A stretch of DNA of 64,000 nt, taken from positions 3,224,001-3,288,000 of the forward strand of contig NC_043020.1 of NCBI RefSeq assembly GCF_006345805.1, given 5' to 3'. Both the position numbers and the translations under genes were made by a program. This DNA comes from Octopus sinensis. Lineage: Eukaryota. Below, in pieces: positions 62,181 to 64,000 of this stretch; the first letter of the stretch is position 1; each line of letters opens with the position of its first letter. The notes below the pieces were generated by a model. That model was not told where the DNA came from. It did no database searches and was given only the letters and a program-made list of their open reading frames with translations.

Positions 62181-62439
62181 TTTTTATATACATGTATGTG
62201 AAATATGTATGAAGTAATTTTTCACAATTGGATGTTACTAAACAATGAATCGGTTCTTCCGTGAGCACCAAGTGGAGAGTAAAGTGCCTCCAGGCAATGA
62301 GGGATGATAACTAACTGAAGAAACAAACATAAATGTCAACAAATGAGCGAATGAGATGGATGTGGTGTGACAATGGGAATGTTTTAATAATGATCTGCAA
62401 TGTTGTAAGCAGAGGAGAAATTATATAATAATCTATGCA

Positions 62440-62478
62440 GAGAGAGAGAGAGAGTGTGATAGGGAAATAGAAAGAGTG

Positions 62479-62517
<39 letters not shown>

Positions 62518-62552
62518 TAGGGAAATAGAAAGAGTGACCTAGAGAGAGAGAG
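62440..62552. repeat. (GA)n with a duplicated 26-bp cassette
   Basis: gtgatagggaaatagaaagagtgacc at 62456 and 62514. Confidence 0.85.
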
Positions 62553-62926
62553 GGGTATGGATGTATTGTTATGCAGTTATGCAGATAAGTGTTATTCCTT
62601 TGTGGCCGTCAGGATAGAATTGTGTTATCTATTCATGATGTGTTGTTAGGAATGAATTTGTAATATCTGATGGAAATAAGGTGGAGGCATAGTTGTCTGG
62701 TTAAGAGGTTCACTTTGCAATTGCATGGATTCAGGTTCAGTCCTGCCTTCCGACATGTTGGGTTCTTCTACTCTATTTTATTTCCAGCTGCTTCAGATGC
62801 CAAGATATCAAAAATTGTCAAAGTGTAGTAACAACAGTTTTGCTATGGAATGGTGAAACTATTTTTTCGCTTTCTGAAAAAGCAACATTTTGGACCTCTG
62901 ACACTTTTGCATAATAGCAACAATAC

Positions 62927-62999
<73 letters not shown>

Positions 63000-64000
63000 T
63001 AGACACATGTATACAAATACACACTCACACACACACACACACATGATTACAAATATATCTTTGTGTCTGTGTGTGTATTTATATGATTTCACATCTCAAA
63101 CTATAAAAATGCATAAACACGTAAAAATGCATTTCTGTTCCCATGAATGCACAAACCTGTGCAGACCCTTCTTCGCATTCATCTCTGTGCAGATATGTAT
63201 GTTTATGCATATACACATGTGGAAGTGTGTGTATACATGCACACACACACACACACATGTATTTCTGTATCCATTGGTTGGTCTATGTCTGTTCTTCATT
63301 GAACAAAATTTTTTTTTTATATATAATTTCTCATTTTGTTTCCTTGTGTCTTTTGCTATCCAACATCACAAATGAAGAACAACTCCTATTGAATTGAGAC
63401 ATCATTCCAAAAGAAAGTCTCTTTAAAATTCACAATATGGCAAATTATCTTTTGAAAAAATGAAAAAAAAACAGAAAAAAGTTTGTAATATCAAATGCCA
63501 TTTTGAATTTCATTGTGGCAGTTCTTTTTCTTTGTTTTTGTTTTAAATTCCATTTTTGGTCTCTTTTTTTGCTTTTCCCTCAGCTTCTTTTTCTTTAACT
63601 GAAGTAAGAAGTGAATTAGGAAGTCATCAGAACCAAAAAGACATTTCCTCTAAGCTGAGATTTTTCAGTAGAGGAAATTGCTTAAGCTTCTAAATGATCA
63701 TGAAGAAATCTCTGCCTGTCTGTCTGAATGAGGATTGAGGATAATAAAGCCATTGATTGTCCCTCTATACATTGTACTCTCACTCACTCACTCTCACTTT
63801 TTCTCCGACTCTCCCTCTTTCTCTTCATTCTTTCACTTTTTCATTTTTCATCTCTCTCTACCCCTAACTCCCACCACTCTTTCACACACACCTCCCACCC
63901 TCATTACTTCCCCTTTTCAATTCCTTCTTCCTACGCATAAACGAAAAATTCCTTTGTGATTTGTCAGAAGCTGTTCACAATGAATGATGAACATTATTTC

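Overview
AT-rich, repeat-dense animal genomic DNA that looks like Octopus (coleoid cephalopod). The species assignment rests on my recognition of its tRNA-headed SINE families and RTE tails and is not database-verified. Most of the window is intron-like: many SINE copies, decayed RTE LINEs, two Tc1/mariner relics (DD37D maT and DD34D mariner), TTAA- and hAT-type MITEs, and microsatellites. Nearly all ORFs in the supplied track are microsatellite or repeat artefacts. One confident protein-coding exon is present (48983-49369, + strand), encoding the conserved coiled-coil of the presynaptic active-zone scaffold ERC/ELKS/CAST (Bruchpilot homologue). Three observations stand out. (1) Juxtaposed 3'ss/5'ss motifs (Yn-CAG|GTRAGT) at 43818/43819 and 6126/6127 lie on the ERC strand, each followed by a cryptic donor, as expected for recursive-splicing ratchet points. 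(2) A small element at 49832-50092 joins a tRNA-like Pol III head to a minimal Penelope-type hammerhead ribozyme. (3) A candidate alternative first coding exon (MLSRLW|GTAAGT, 31499-31516) is phase-compatible with the ERC exon. No rRNA, genuine tRNA or CRISPR array was seen. Repeat boundaries were estimated by eye.
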